From Prevotella sp. (GTDB lineage: Bacteria > Bacteroidota > Bacteroidia > Bacteroidales > Dysgonomonadaceae): DNA of 64,000 nucleotides. The stretch is from the NCBI GenBank assembly GCA_031285625.1, contig JAITVV010000080.1, positions 1-64,000 on the forward strand, in the 5' to 3' direction. How positions within the stretch are numbered: position 1 is the stretch's first letter; each line of letters starts with the position of its first letter. Positions 8,902 through 18,600 of this stretch are shown piece after piece. The notes below the pieces were generated by a model, which was given only the letters and a program-made list of their open reading frames with translations, did not search any database and had not been told where the DNA came from. Position numbers and translations under genes: made by a program.

Positions 8902-11079
8902 ATGACAAAGTTACGTTTTAAAGCAGTAGCACTAGCCTCAGAGCGAAAGCCGGTTGAGGTAAAGAAACCAACAAGTAAAACTTCGGAGTACTATGGTGAG
9001 AAGGTGTTCAATCGTAAGGCTATGAGTAAATACCTTTCGAAAGAAACTTTCAAAGCGTTGAATAATGCTATCGAAAAAGGGCAATCTGTAAATCGTAATC
9101 TGGCTGAACATGTTGCGGCCGGAATGCGTATGTGGGCTTTGGAAAATGGTGTAACACATTATACTCACTGGTTTCATCCGTTGACAGACGGTACTGCTGA
9201 AAAGCACGATGCTTTTGTTGAACATGACGGACAAGGTGGACTGATAGAAGAATTTGAAGGTAAACTCCTTGCTCAGCAAGAACCTGATGCATCCAGTTTC
9301 CCGTCGGGAGGACTTCGCAATACATTCGAGGCTCGTGGATATTCTGCCTGGGATCCTTCTTCTCCTGCATTTATTGTAGGTGATACATTATGTATTCCAA
9401 CAATTTTTATTTCGTATACAGGTGAGGCACTCGATTATAAAACTCCTTTATTAAAAGCCCTTGCTGCAGTAGATAAAGCGGCAACAGATGTTGTCCATTA
9501 TTTCAATAAGGATGTTAAGAAAATAATAGCTAATCTGGGTTGGGAACAAGAATATTTCCTTGTCGATGAAGACCTTTTCATGGCACGCCCCGATCTGGCT
9601 TTGACTGGCAGAACATTGATGAGCCACGAGAGTGCAAAGAACCAACAATTAGAAGACCACTATTTTGGTGCTATCCCTGAACGTGTACAGAAGTTTATGG
9701 AAGAACTTGAGTATGAAGCGTACGCTTTGGGTATCCCTGTAAAAACACGCCATAATGAAGTTGCTCCAAACCAATTTGAATTAGCACCTATTTATGAAGA
9801 GTGTAATCTGGCAGTAGATCATAACCTGTTGGTAATGTCTGTTATGGATAAAGTAGCGCGTAAGCACTCTTTCCGTATCTTATTCCACGAAAAACCATTT
9901 AAAGGTATTAATGGTTCGGGTAAACATAATAACTGGTCTCTTTGTACTGATACCGGAATCAACCTTTTATCTCCGGGAAAAGACAAAGTTGAAAATCTCC
10001 GTTTCATTACTTTTGTTGTAAATATTCTAGCTGCGGTTCATAAGAATAACGGCTTATTGAAAGCTTCCATCTCATCTGCAACAAATGCACATCGTCTGGG
10101 AGCAAATGAGGCTCCTCCGGCTATTATCTCAGTATTTTTAGGTACACAGGTAAGTGATATCTTAGACAAGTTTGAAAAAAGCTCAGTAAAAGATGCAATT
10201 GTTGTAGATAGTAAAAAACAAATAAGTCTGGGCGTTGGTCAGATCCCGGAAATTCTTCTGGATAATACAGACCGTAACCGTACTTCTCCATTCGCGTTTA
10301 CAGGAAACCGTTTCGAATTCCGTGCCGTGGGATCTTCGGCTAACTGTGCGTCTGCAATGACAGCATTGAATGCTTCTGTGGCCGAACAGTTAAGGCTTTT
10401 TAAAGAAGAAGTGGATGGGCTGATAAAAAAGGGAAAATCGAAAGAAGAAGCCCTTTATGAAGTGTTGAAAAAATATATTAAAGAATCACGCGCAATCCGC
10501 TTCAATGGTAACGGCTATAGTGATGAGTGGAAAGCTGAAGCAAAGAAACGTAAACTGGATTGTGAAACAAGTGTTCCTGTTATATATGATAGCTATACAT
10601 CAAAGCAAAGTATCAAGACTTTCTCAGGTATTTTATCTGAAATAGAACTTCATGCGCGTAATGAGGTGAAATGGGAAACTTATACAAAGAAAATTCAGAT
10701 AGAGTCTCGCGTATTAGGTGATCTTGCTCTTAATCATATCATCCCTGTAGCTATTTCTTATCAGTCAATTTTATTGACGAATGTATCTAAGTTAAAAGAT
10801 GTTACTGATAATTATAAAGTGCTTGGAGCAGAGCAGCTTCGCCTGATTGAAAAAGTATCTACACATGTGAATGCTATTAATGCCAAGGTGCATGAAATGA
10901 TAGATGCACGTAAAGCTGCAAATAACATTGAGAGTGAGCGTGAAAAAGCTGTTGCTTATCATGATAAAGTAGCTCCTTATCTGGATGAAATCCGTTATCA
11001 TGTCGATAAACTTGAATTGATTGTAGATAACGAAATGTGGCCACTGGCTAAATACAGGGAATTATTGTTTATACGATAA
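8902..11079 (+). CDS. glnA: Glutamine synthetase type III
   Basis: 725 aa; HYTHWFHPLT..AEKHD, EPDASSFPSGG, HNEVAPNQFE, NGSGKHNNW, DRNRTSPFAFTGNRFEFR. Confidence 0.95.
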   Translation: MTKLRFKAVALASERKPVEVKKPTSKTSEYYGEKVFNRKAMSKYLSKETFKALNNAIEKGQSVNRNLAEHVAAGMRMWALENGVTHYTHWFHPLTDGTAEKHDAFVEHDGQGGLIEEFEGKLLAQQEPDASSFPSGGLRNTFEARGYSAWDPSSPAFIVGDTLCIPTIFISYTGEALDYKTPLLKALAAVDKAATDVVHYFNKDVKKIIANLGWEQEYFLVDEDLFMARPDLALTGRTLMSHESAKNQQLEDHYFGAIPERVQKFMEELEYEAYALGIPVKTRHNEVAPNQFELAPIYEECNLAVDHNLLVMSVMDKVARKHSFRILFHEKPFKGINGSGKHNNWSLCTDTGINLLSPGKDKVENLRFITFVVNILAAVHKNNGLLKASISSATNAHRLGANEAPPAIISVFLGTQVSDILDKFEKSSVKDAIVVDSKKQISLGVGQIPEILLDNTDRNRTSPFAFTGNRFEFRAVGSSANCASAMTALNASVAEQLRLFKEEVDGLIKKGKSKEEALYEVLKKYIKESRAIRFNGNGYSDEWKAEAKKRKLDCETSVPVIYDSYTSKQSIKTFSGILSEIELHARNEVKWETYTKKIQIESRVLGDLALNHIIPVAISYQSILLTNVSKLKDVTDNYKVLGAEQLRLIEKVSTHVNAINAKVHEMIDARKAANNIESEREKAVAYHDKVAPYLDEIRYHVDKLELIVDNEMWPLAKYRELLFIR

Positions 11080-11092
11080 CTGAACATCATAT

Positions 11093-11130
11093 AAAAAAAT
11101 CCCGACCTCATCTGAAGTCGGGATTTTTTT
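11093..11130. terminator. Bidirectional terminator between glnA and GNAT gene
   Basis: AAAAAAATCCCGAC..GTCGGGATTTTTTT. Confidence 0.85.
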
Positions 11131-11566
11131 ATATTTCTTCATTTATCTCTTTCATGAAAAACTTTTCATAGGCTTTATAGCCTTGTCTTTCGTAAAATCT
11201 ATGGGCATCTGTTCTTTTCTTGTTACTATATAATTCTATTAAGGCACAATCCCTTTCTTTGGCTATTCGGGTGCAGTATTCTTCCATCTTTTTTCCAATT
11301 CCTTTGCTTCTTATAGCTGTATCTACAACGAAGAAACCTATATTTGCAGTTTCTCCTTCATAGCCTATCTGCCAATAAAAGTGTATAGTCATCAGAGCAA
11401 CAGCCTTACCTTTCAGTTCATATACAATTACTTTATAGGAATTATCGGATAGCATCATCCTGAGATTCTTTTCCAGAAAGTCGATAGTTCTGCTATATCC
11501 TAATTGAGAAAGTAGTATTTGTATTTCATGTATGTCGCTTAAACGAACTTCTCGTATTTTCTCCAT
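11129..11566 (-). CDS. GNAT family N-acetyltransferase
   Basis: VVDTAIRSKGIGKKM acetyl-CoA motif; AHRFYERQGY. Confidence 0.85.
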   Translation of the reverse strand: MEKIREVRLSDIHEIQILLSQLGYSRTIDFLEKNLRMMLSDNSYKVIVYELKGKAVALMTIHFYWQIGYEGETANIGFFVVDTAIRSKGIGKKMEEYCTRIAKERDCALIELYSNKKRTDAHRFYERQGYKAYEKFFMKEINEEI

Positions 11567-11664
11567 AACTTATCAGATTGCGAAACAAATATAGAAAAAA
11601 ACAGGCAGAATGGGTAATACCTTCCTACCTGTTCATTTATAATTAAAGTTTGGAAATAGAGTTA

Positions 11665-12888
11665 TTAATTTAGTTTAAAGAATCCTCCGACAAATGATGT
11701 TGAGACTTTTGCACCTTTTACTGCTGTGGCTGTTTGTGGATTCACCTTATAGATATATGTTCCTTCGCTATTTGTGATCGGATAGTAGATATACTCACCA
11801 TCTAACAAAGCTGTAAATCTCCGGCCTCCGTTTCCATTATGTACAGGTATTTCGGGGATATCTTTTATTGTTTGATTGTTTAAGTCTATTATGCAACATT
11901 TCAAAGATTTGTCACCCCATCTGTCAGCAGCTGTTTGAGGATTGATCGTACTCACCTCTGCAAATAGCAGCCCGTTGCCAATATACTTAATGTGAGCAGG
12001 CTTCAGTCCGCCCGATTTAGTCTCAAAATCGAAATAATAATCATCAAATTCGGTAGTTCCGTTTGGTATACGTAGGAATGCTGCATTTTTTGTGCTTTGT
12101 GAATAGCCGTTAGCTAATGCAGAGTTTGACATTATGTACATATCACCAGATTCTACCTTGAAGATGCCATTATGTGCATACCATGATCCGGCAGGGCCTG
12201 TTCGTACATCTTTTATTATCTTTTTTAAGGTCATTTCCGGATATGAGAAAACCGCGACATAGGTTGTATCGGTATATTTTGTATCAAAGTTTGTAGGATT
12301 CATATGAAAGTAGGTCATATATATATTGTCTCCACTTTTGCACAAACCTGTTATACTTGGCCACTCATAGGCTGAAAGAGGAGCAATTGATGTTGTTTTT
12401 TTGCTGGTAATAGAAATACTATTGATATCTACTGTGTAGAATGTCATCATATCACCACTCTGGGCATTGTCAGGCATTTCCATACCCATCATAGTATTTT
12501 CATCTATTTGTGAAAATACTCTCAATGATTCATTGAATACAAAATCTCCACTTTCTTGTATGTAACCGCTGGCATCTCTTGTAATTCCTTTGGCATTTGT
12601 CACACCCAATCCCCCAACACAGAAAATAGTCTGATTACCTTGCTCATAATCATGAAATCCATTTTGCTCAATCCCCTTACCTACTGCATTTATAGTACCT
12701 TCCATCAGGTTATCTGTAGTGACTACATAATATGTGGTTGTCCCGTTAGATGTTACTCCCAGACTCAATACATAAGGTGCATTAGGAACTTCGGCGTTAT
12801 CAAGAGCATCATCATCTTCACATGATGGCAGGCTGAATACTAAACATGAGATAAAAAAAAGATAAATTACTTTATTTAGAATTTTCAT
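11665..12888 (-). CDS. DUF4374-family surface lipoprotein (partner of the TonB receptor)
   Basis: Lipobox LPSC followed by acidic EDDD export signal; beta-propeller-like repeats (VAVFSYPEM..D.RTG, FDDYYFD); cotranscribed with the receptor. Confidence 0.7.
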   Translation of the reverse strand: MKILNKVIYLFFISCLVFSLPSCEDDDALDNAEVPNAPYVLSLGVTSNGTTTYYVVTTDNLMEGTINAVGKGIEQNGFHDYEQGNQTIFCVGGLGVTNAKGITRDASGYIQESGDFVFNESLRVFSQIDENTMMGMEMPDNAQSGDMMTFYTVDINSISITSKKTTSIAPLSAYEWPSITGLCKSGDNIYMTYFHMNPTNFDTKYTDTTYVAVFSYPEMTLKKIIKDVRTGPAGSWYAHNGIFKVESGDMYIMSNSALANGYSQSTKNAAFLRIPNGTTEFDDYYFDFETKSGGLKPAHIKYIGNGLLFAEVSTINPQTAADRWGDKSLKCCIIDLNNQTIKDIPEIPVHNGNGGRRFTALLDGEYIYYPITNSEGTYIYKVNPQTATAVKGAKVSTSFVGGFFKLN

Positions 12889-12919
12889 TTTGTCTTATTA
12901 TTGAGTTTTTAGTCTGATC

Positions 12920-15322
12920 TTATTTTATAAAATAACGAAACTTCACATTAAATGCACGTCCCGGTTTTTGCAGACGATAGTTATCATATAGTTTTTCATT
13001 TGTAAAATTGGTGCATTCTACGACAACACTATATTTCCCTTTTTCCATAGAGTAGCCCAAGGATATATCATGTGAAGTTTGTTCCGGGATCACTTTTTTA
13101 GATGCTTTCGCTCCTAATCCGGGAAAGGACAAATAATACTTTTGCACATAGTTGATAGAGTAATCAAAAGTTAGTTCCGAATCTTTCAATCCTATATTTT
13201 GGAATTGAACACCAATATCACCATGTCCAAAAAAATAAGGGATATTCGGTAAACGTTCTTTATATGTTATATTCTCTGAAATTCCTTCCCCTACAAAACT
13301 TCCCGTATTCTCTTCAAATTCCTGATTGTCTGTTATATCCTGATAAGTAAGATTAATGCCTGCATGCAATAAATTCTTCCACTGATATTTTATTCCACCT
13401 TCAATACCTTTAGTTAATACTTTTCCCAGGTTTTGATATCCTGTTGTGGGGTCGGATGTTAAACTAACCTCTTTTAGGATAAAGTCTTTTGTATTTCTGT
13501 AGATGAGATTTGTCTCTAAGAAAAAAGTGTGCTCTTTCAACTGCTGTTCAAAGATAAAACCTAAGTTTACGTTATCACTGCTTTCCGGTTTCAGGTCAGG
13601 ATTACGTTGCTGAATAAGTCCATCTCCAAACATTTCTGTACTTTCCGGCAAACGGTATGCTTGTTCATAAGATAGCTTGCCCTGCAATTTAGGCAGAATA
13701 AAGTAAGTTACTGCAGCGCCATAGCCAAAGTTTGTCTTATCATCTTCTACTTTTTCTAAGCGTGCATTTTCGGTATATTCATCCAGCCTTTTATAAGTAG
13801 AGCTGCTTGTGGAATACAATTTACCAAATACATTGGCATTCCATCTGTCATATTTTATTTGCCATCCTAGTCCGGTTATATTCTTGGTTAATTTCTGGGG
13901 TATCATATTCGACTCATTTTCGGGATCAGCCTTGTCATGAATTTTTCTCTTCATCGAAGAGAAAACATGATTTAATGTGATGGACTGATGATTGTCTATC
14001 ATATAACTCAAATTAGCATTTGCCAGCCATTCTCTATTTTTGATCTTCGAGTCTGTATAAACTTTTTCCCCTTTATTTGCAGTTATCCACTCTCCTAACC
14101 AATTATATGTGCGTGAAAGCGTATCTACATTGAATGTATTTACTATACTGTATGCTCCATATGCAGATACCGACAAGCCATCAGTAAATAAATTCTCCTT
14201 CATATATCTGATGGATGGTATCATTGATTCGCTCTTTGTTTTCACACCTCCATAAACAGCATCCATAGTAGCACCGGTCTGCACATCTTTATCATTTTTT
14301 GATAAAATGATTCCTGCTAGCAAATAATCGGCATAGGCCTTATTTGTTATACCTGTTTCCAGTTTTATCCCTCCCGATTGATAATCATCATTAAAACGTT
14401 TTACCCAACGATCATCTATTTTCTTATTTGTATTCAGGTCTATAATAGGTGCATAAACCTTATAATCATTGTCAGAGTAATTATAAAAAGCATTTGCCCT
14501 AACCGTAAATCCTGTTTTAAGATTGGTATACGCACCGTTTACAGATACTTTATGTGTATTGAAAGACCCAAAAGAGTACGATGCATCCAGATAATTAGCG
14601 TCTTTACGGCTTATGATATTTACTGCACCACCTAGCGCATCTGCACCCAGACAGACAGGAAGCACGCCTTTATATACTTCTACCCGTTCGGCCATATTTA
14701 CAGATATATTGCTCAGATTGAAGGAAGAACCGAAATTATCCATTGGTATCCCATCCAGAAAGAATTTTACCTGATTACCTGAAAATCCGTTAAGGCTGAA
14801 ATTGTAATTAGAGCCAACGCCACCATCCTCACGTATACGTACGCTCGATACATTATTTAATAGCTTGTTCAAAGGGGCAGAAGCATTATAAGCTTTCTTT
14901 ATATCCAATACAGTTACTGCATATGCTTGCTCTTGTTGTCTACGGGCTTCGGTTTTACCCTCTATGGCGACTTCATGCAATTGTGTTGTATTATCTACTT
15001 CTATATCCGGTACTTTTGTTTCTCTCCCGGCAACTATATTAATCGTCGTTTTAGTTATATTTATGCCAACTCCTGTTACTATTATCGTTTTATTGCCAAT
15101 GGGAGCATTTGTTAGTTTATACACTCCGCTCTCATCTGTAAAGCCTCCTATTGTAGTGCCTTCGATAGCTACTGTGGCCGGATAGACAGGGTTCTTCTGT
15201 AAGTCGATAATCCGTCCTGTGACAGAGCCTTTTGTTTGTTGAGCAACGGTATATAATGGCATGCTTAGCAGAGATAAACATAATAAACTAAATAAGCCGC
15301 TTTTAAGTAGGATGTGAATCAT
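12920..15322 (-). CDS. TonB-dependent outer-membrane receptor, probably iron/siderophore uptake
   Basis: N-terminal carboxypeptidase-regulatory-like domain, plug motifs (FFLDGIP, ERVEVYKG, DALGGAVNII), NPDLKPE, C-terminal PGRAFNVKFRYF. Confidence 0.9.
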   Translation of the reverse strand: MIHILLKSGLFSLLCLSLLSMPLYTVAQQTKGSVTGRIIDLQKNPVYPATVAIEGTTIGGFTDESGVYKLTNAPIGNKTIIVTGVGINITKTTINIVAGRETKVPDIEVDNTTQLHEVAIEGKTEARRQQEQAYAVTVLDIKKAYNASAPLNKLLNNVSSVRIREDGGVGSNYNFSLNGFSGNQVKFFLDGIPMDNFGSSFNLSNISVNMAERVEVYKGVLPVCLGADALGGAVNIISRKDANYLDASYSFGSFNTHKVSVNGAYTNLKTGFTVRANAFYNYSDNDYKVYAPIIDLNTNKKIDDRWVKRFNDDYQSGGIKLETGITNKAYADYLLAGIILSKNDKDVQTGATMDAVYGGVKTKSESMIPSIRYMKENLFTDGLSVSAYGAYSIVNTFNVDTLSRTYNWLGEWITANKGEKVYTDSKIKNREWLANANLSYMIDNHQSITLNHVFSSMKRKIHDKADPENESNMIPQKLTKNITGLGWQIKYDRWNANVFGKLYSTSSSTYKRLDEYTENARLEKVEDDKTNFGYGAAVTYFILPKLQGKLSYEQAYRLPESTEMFGDGLIQQRNPDLKPESSDNVNLGFIFEQQLKEHTFFLETNLIYRNTKDFILKEVSLTSDPTTGYQNLGKVLTKGIEGGIKYQWKNLLHAGINLTYQDITDNQEFEENTGSFVGEGISENITYKERLPNIPYFFGHGDIGVQFQNIGLKDSELTFDYSINYVQKYYLSFPGLGAKASKKVIPEQTSHDISLGYSMEKGKYSVVVECTNFTNEKLYDNYRLQKPGRAFNVKFRYFIK

Positions 15323-15373
15323 TTTTTCTTAATGTTTTGAGGCGTAAAAGTAGTGTGCGGCTATGATGTTCGC

Positions 15374-15393
15374 AATCACTATAAATAGGTATT
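15374..15393. promoter_or_regulatory. Imperfect palindromic box upstream of the TonB receptor
   Basis: AATCACTATAAATAGGTATT; on the minus strand it ends in ATTG, followed 20 nt later by TACTTTTA (-7-like). Confidence 0.45.
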
Positions 15394-15610
15394 TAGGAGT
15401 GATTCGATACCTAGATAGTATGAGTGGCTATGTTTGAAATTTTTATTTGTTCTTTTGTTAAATAAAATCGATTTAAAATAGATTTTTTATTTAAAAAATG
15501 ATTTTTTAAAGCAAAAAGAAAATTTATTTGACAAAAATTAGTACATTTGTCACCTAAATTAAATTAGGATAGAACCCGAAAATTCTTTCAACTATTTATC
15601 AGATATAATT

Positions 15611-18600
15611 ATGCAAGATTTAAAATCAGCAATCCAGCACGGACTATATGACCCGAACTACGAACACGACGCATGCGGAGTAGGGATGGTGCTTCATATG
15701 AAGGGTGCTAAATCACATGCTATCGTTGAGAATGGCCTCCGTGTATTGGAGAATATGACTCACCGGGGAGCAGAGAACGCCGATAATAAAACCGGTGATG
15801 GTGCCGGTATTATGTTGCAGATACCGCACGAGTTTATACTACTGCAAGGGATTCCCGTCCCTGAAAAAGGGCATTACGGAACAGGATTAGTCTTTCTTCC
15901 GAAAGGAAAAGCCGAACAGGAATCCTGTATGATAACATTGACCCAATATATTGACAAGGAAGGATTAAAGCTTTTAGCTGTACGCGATGTACCTGTCAAT
16001 AGTGAAATACTGGGCGAAATGGCAAGTTTTAACGAACCCCATATCAAGCAGATATTTGTAGTGGGTGAAGAAGGTATATCTCAGGACGAACTGGAGCATA
16101 GGCTTTATCTGCTTCGTAAAAAGATTGAAAAGGAAATATTCAACTCGAAGGTATTTTCTTTAGATACCAAACGTGCATTTTATATTGTCAGTTTGTCAAC
16201 CAAGCGCATTATATATAAAGGAATGTTGTCTTCCGAACAGTTGAGGCACTATTACCCGGATTTGTTGAATCCCCATCTGACTAGTGCGATCGCTTTGGTG
16301 CACTCACGTTTCAGTACCAATACGTTCCCTACATGGGATTTGGCACATCCATTCCGTATGGTGGCCCACAATGGTGAAATCAACACCATCAAGGGAAACC
16401 GTCTGTGGATGGAAGCCCGCGAGGGTGTACTCAAATCCGAACTTCTCGGAAATATTAATGACTTGTGGCCGATAGTGCAGCCTCACATGAGTGACAGCGC
16501 ATCGTTCGACAATGTGCTGGAATTCCTTGTTATGTCGGGTAAATCACTGCCTCATGCTATGGCAATGATGGTTCCCGAATCGTGGAATGATCAGAATCCG
16601 ATATCTGACGATTTGAAAGCATTTTATGAATATCACAGCCTGTTTATGGAACCATGGGATGGACCAGCAACATTACTTTTCTCGGATGGACGCTATGCCG
16701 GAGGATTACTCGACCGTAACGGTTTGCGCCCTGCACGTTATCTGATGACGCATAACGATGTAATGGTAGTCGCCTCCGAAATGGGTGTTCTACCATTCGA
16801 GCCTTCCGAAATAAAGGAGAAAGGCCGTCTTCGTCCGGGTAAGATGCTGATGGTAGATACCGAAACCGGAACAATACAATATGATGCCGAACTAAAAGAA
16901 AATCTGGCAAAAGCATATCCGTATCGGGAATGGTTGTCAAAGAACCGTATTTCACTGGATGATATTTCCTCCGGACGTACTCCAAAATATAGTGTGGATG
17001 ACTATTCTAAACTGCTGAAGGTTTTTGGGTACTATAAAGAAGATATAGAAAAAATAATTATCCCGATGGCTGCCGAAGGCAAAGAGCCGACTGCCTCTAT
17101 GGGGAATGATACACCTGTGGCTGTATTGTCTAACAAGCCGCAACGCTTGTTTACCTATTTCCGGCAGTTGTTTGCACAGGTGACTAATCCTCCTATCGAC
17201 CCGATTAGGGAGGAGCTTGTTATGTCTCTTGCCGGATATATCGGTTCGCTGCATAAAAATATACTGGAGCCGATGCCGGAACATACGAAAATGGTAGGTC
17301 TTTCTAATCCTTTCCTTTCCAACAGGGAACTGGATTTATTAGTACATCTCGGATACAAGGGCTTCAAAGCTGAGGTTATCCCGATGCTATTTGACCCGAA
17401 ACAAGGTGGTGCGGGACTTGAAAAAGCAATAGATGAAATGTGCCGCAATGCAGAAAAGGCTGTAGACAACGGCAGTAACTATATTGTACTCAGTGACAGG
17501 GGGGTAAATCCTGAAAATGCAGCGATACCTTCGCTTCTGGCTGTTTCAGCAGTTCATCATTACCTGATAGAACGCCGCAAGCGTATGCAGATAGATATTG
17601 TGGTAGAGTCAGCGGAACCGCGTGAAGTAATGCACTTTTCATTGTTGTTTGGTTATGGTGCAAATGCCGTGAATCCGTATTTAGCTTTGGCTGTAATAGA
17701 AGACCTTGTGAAGAAAGGTGATATTCACCTTGATTTCTATACGGCGATGAAAAACTATGTGAAGTCTATCAACAAAGGCCTGCTGAAAACAATGTCTAAA
17801 ATGGGTATCTCTACGCTGAAAAGCTATATTGGTGCTCAGATATTCGAAGCTATAGGTATCAGTACTGGAGTTATCGATAAATACTTTAAAGGTACTACTT
17901 CAAAAATAGAAGGGATTGACATTAATGATATCGCGAGTGATACTATTGAGGCATTTTATGAAGCGTTCGAGGATGACTTTGTAGATCCTTCACTGGTTAG
18001 TCAGGGCATTTATGCCTGGAGACGGAATGGTGAATATCATGCATGGAATCCTGAGACAATAATGAAACTACAAATGTCTACGCGTTTGGGCAGCTACAAG
18101 AAGTTTAAAGAGTATACCGAATCGATAGATAAGAAACCCGAAAAGATTTTCTTACGTGATTTCCTTGACTTTGACCCGGCTAAAAAGCCCATCGATATAT
18201 CAGAGGTAGAACCTGCATCAGCTATTATGAAACGCTTTGTAACAGGGGCGATGTCTTATGGCTCCATCAGCCGTGAAGCGCATGAAGCTATGGCTGTTGC
18301 CATGAATGCTATCGGCGGAAAGAGTAATACGGGGGAAGGCGGGGAACTGCCGGAACGTTTCGCTACCAATGCGCGTTCATCCATTAAACAGGTGGCATCG
18401 GGCCGTTTTGGTGTGACTGCCGAATATCTGGTAAATGCCGATGAACTCCAGATTAAAATAGCTCAGGGGGCAAAACCGGGCGAAGGCGGACAGCTGCCCG
18501 GATTTAAAGTGGATAAAATAATTGCAAAAACGCGTCACTCTATTCCGGGAATTTCGTTGATTTCGCCACCTCCTCACCATGATATTTACTCTATCGAGGA

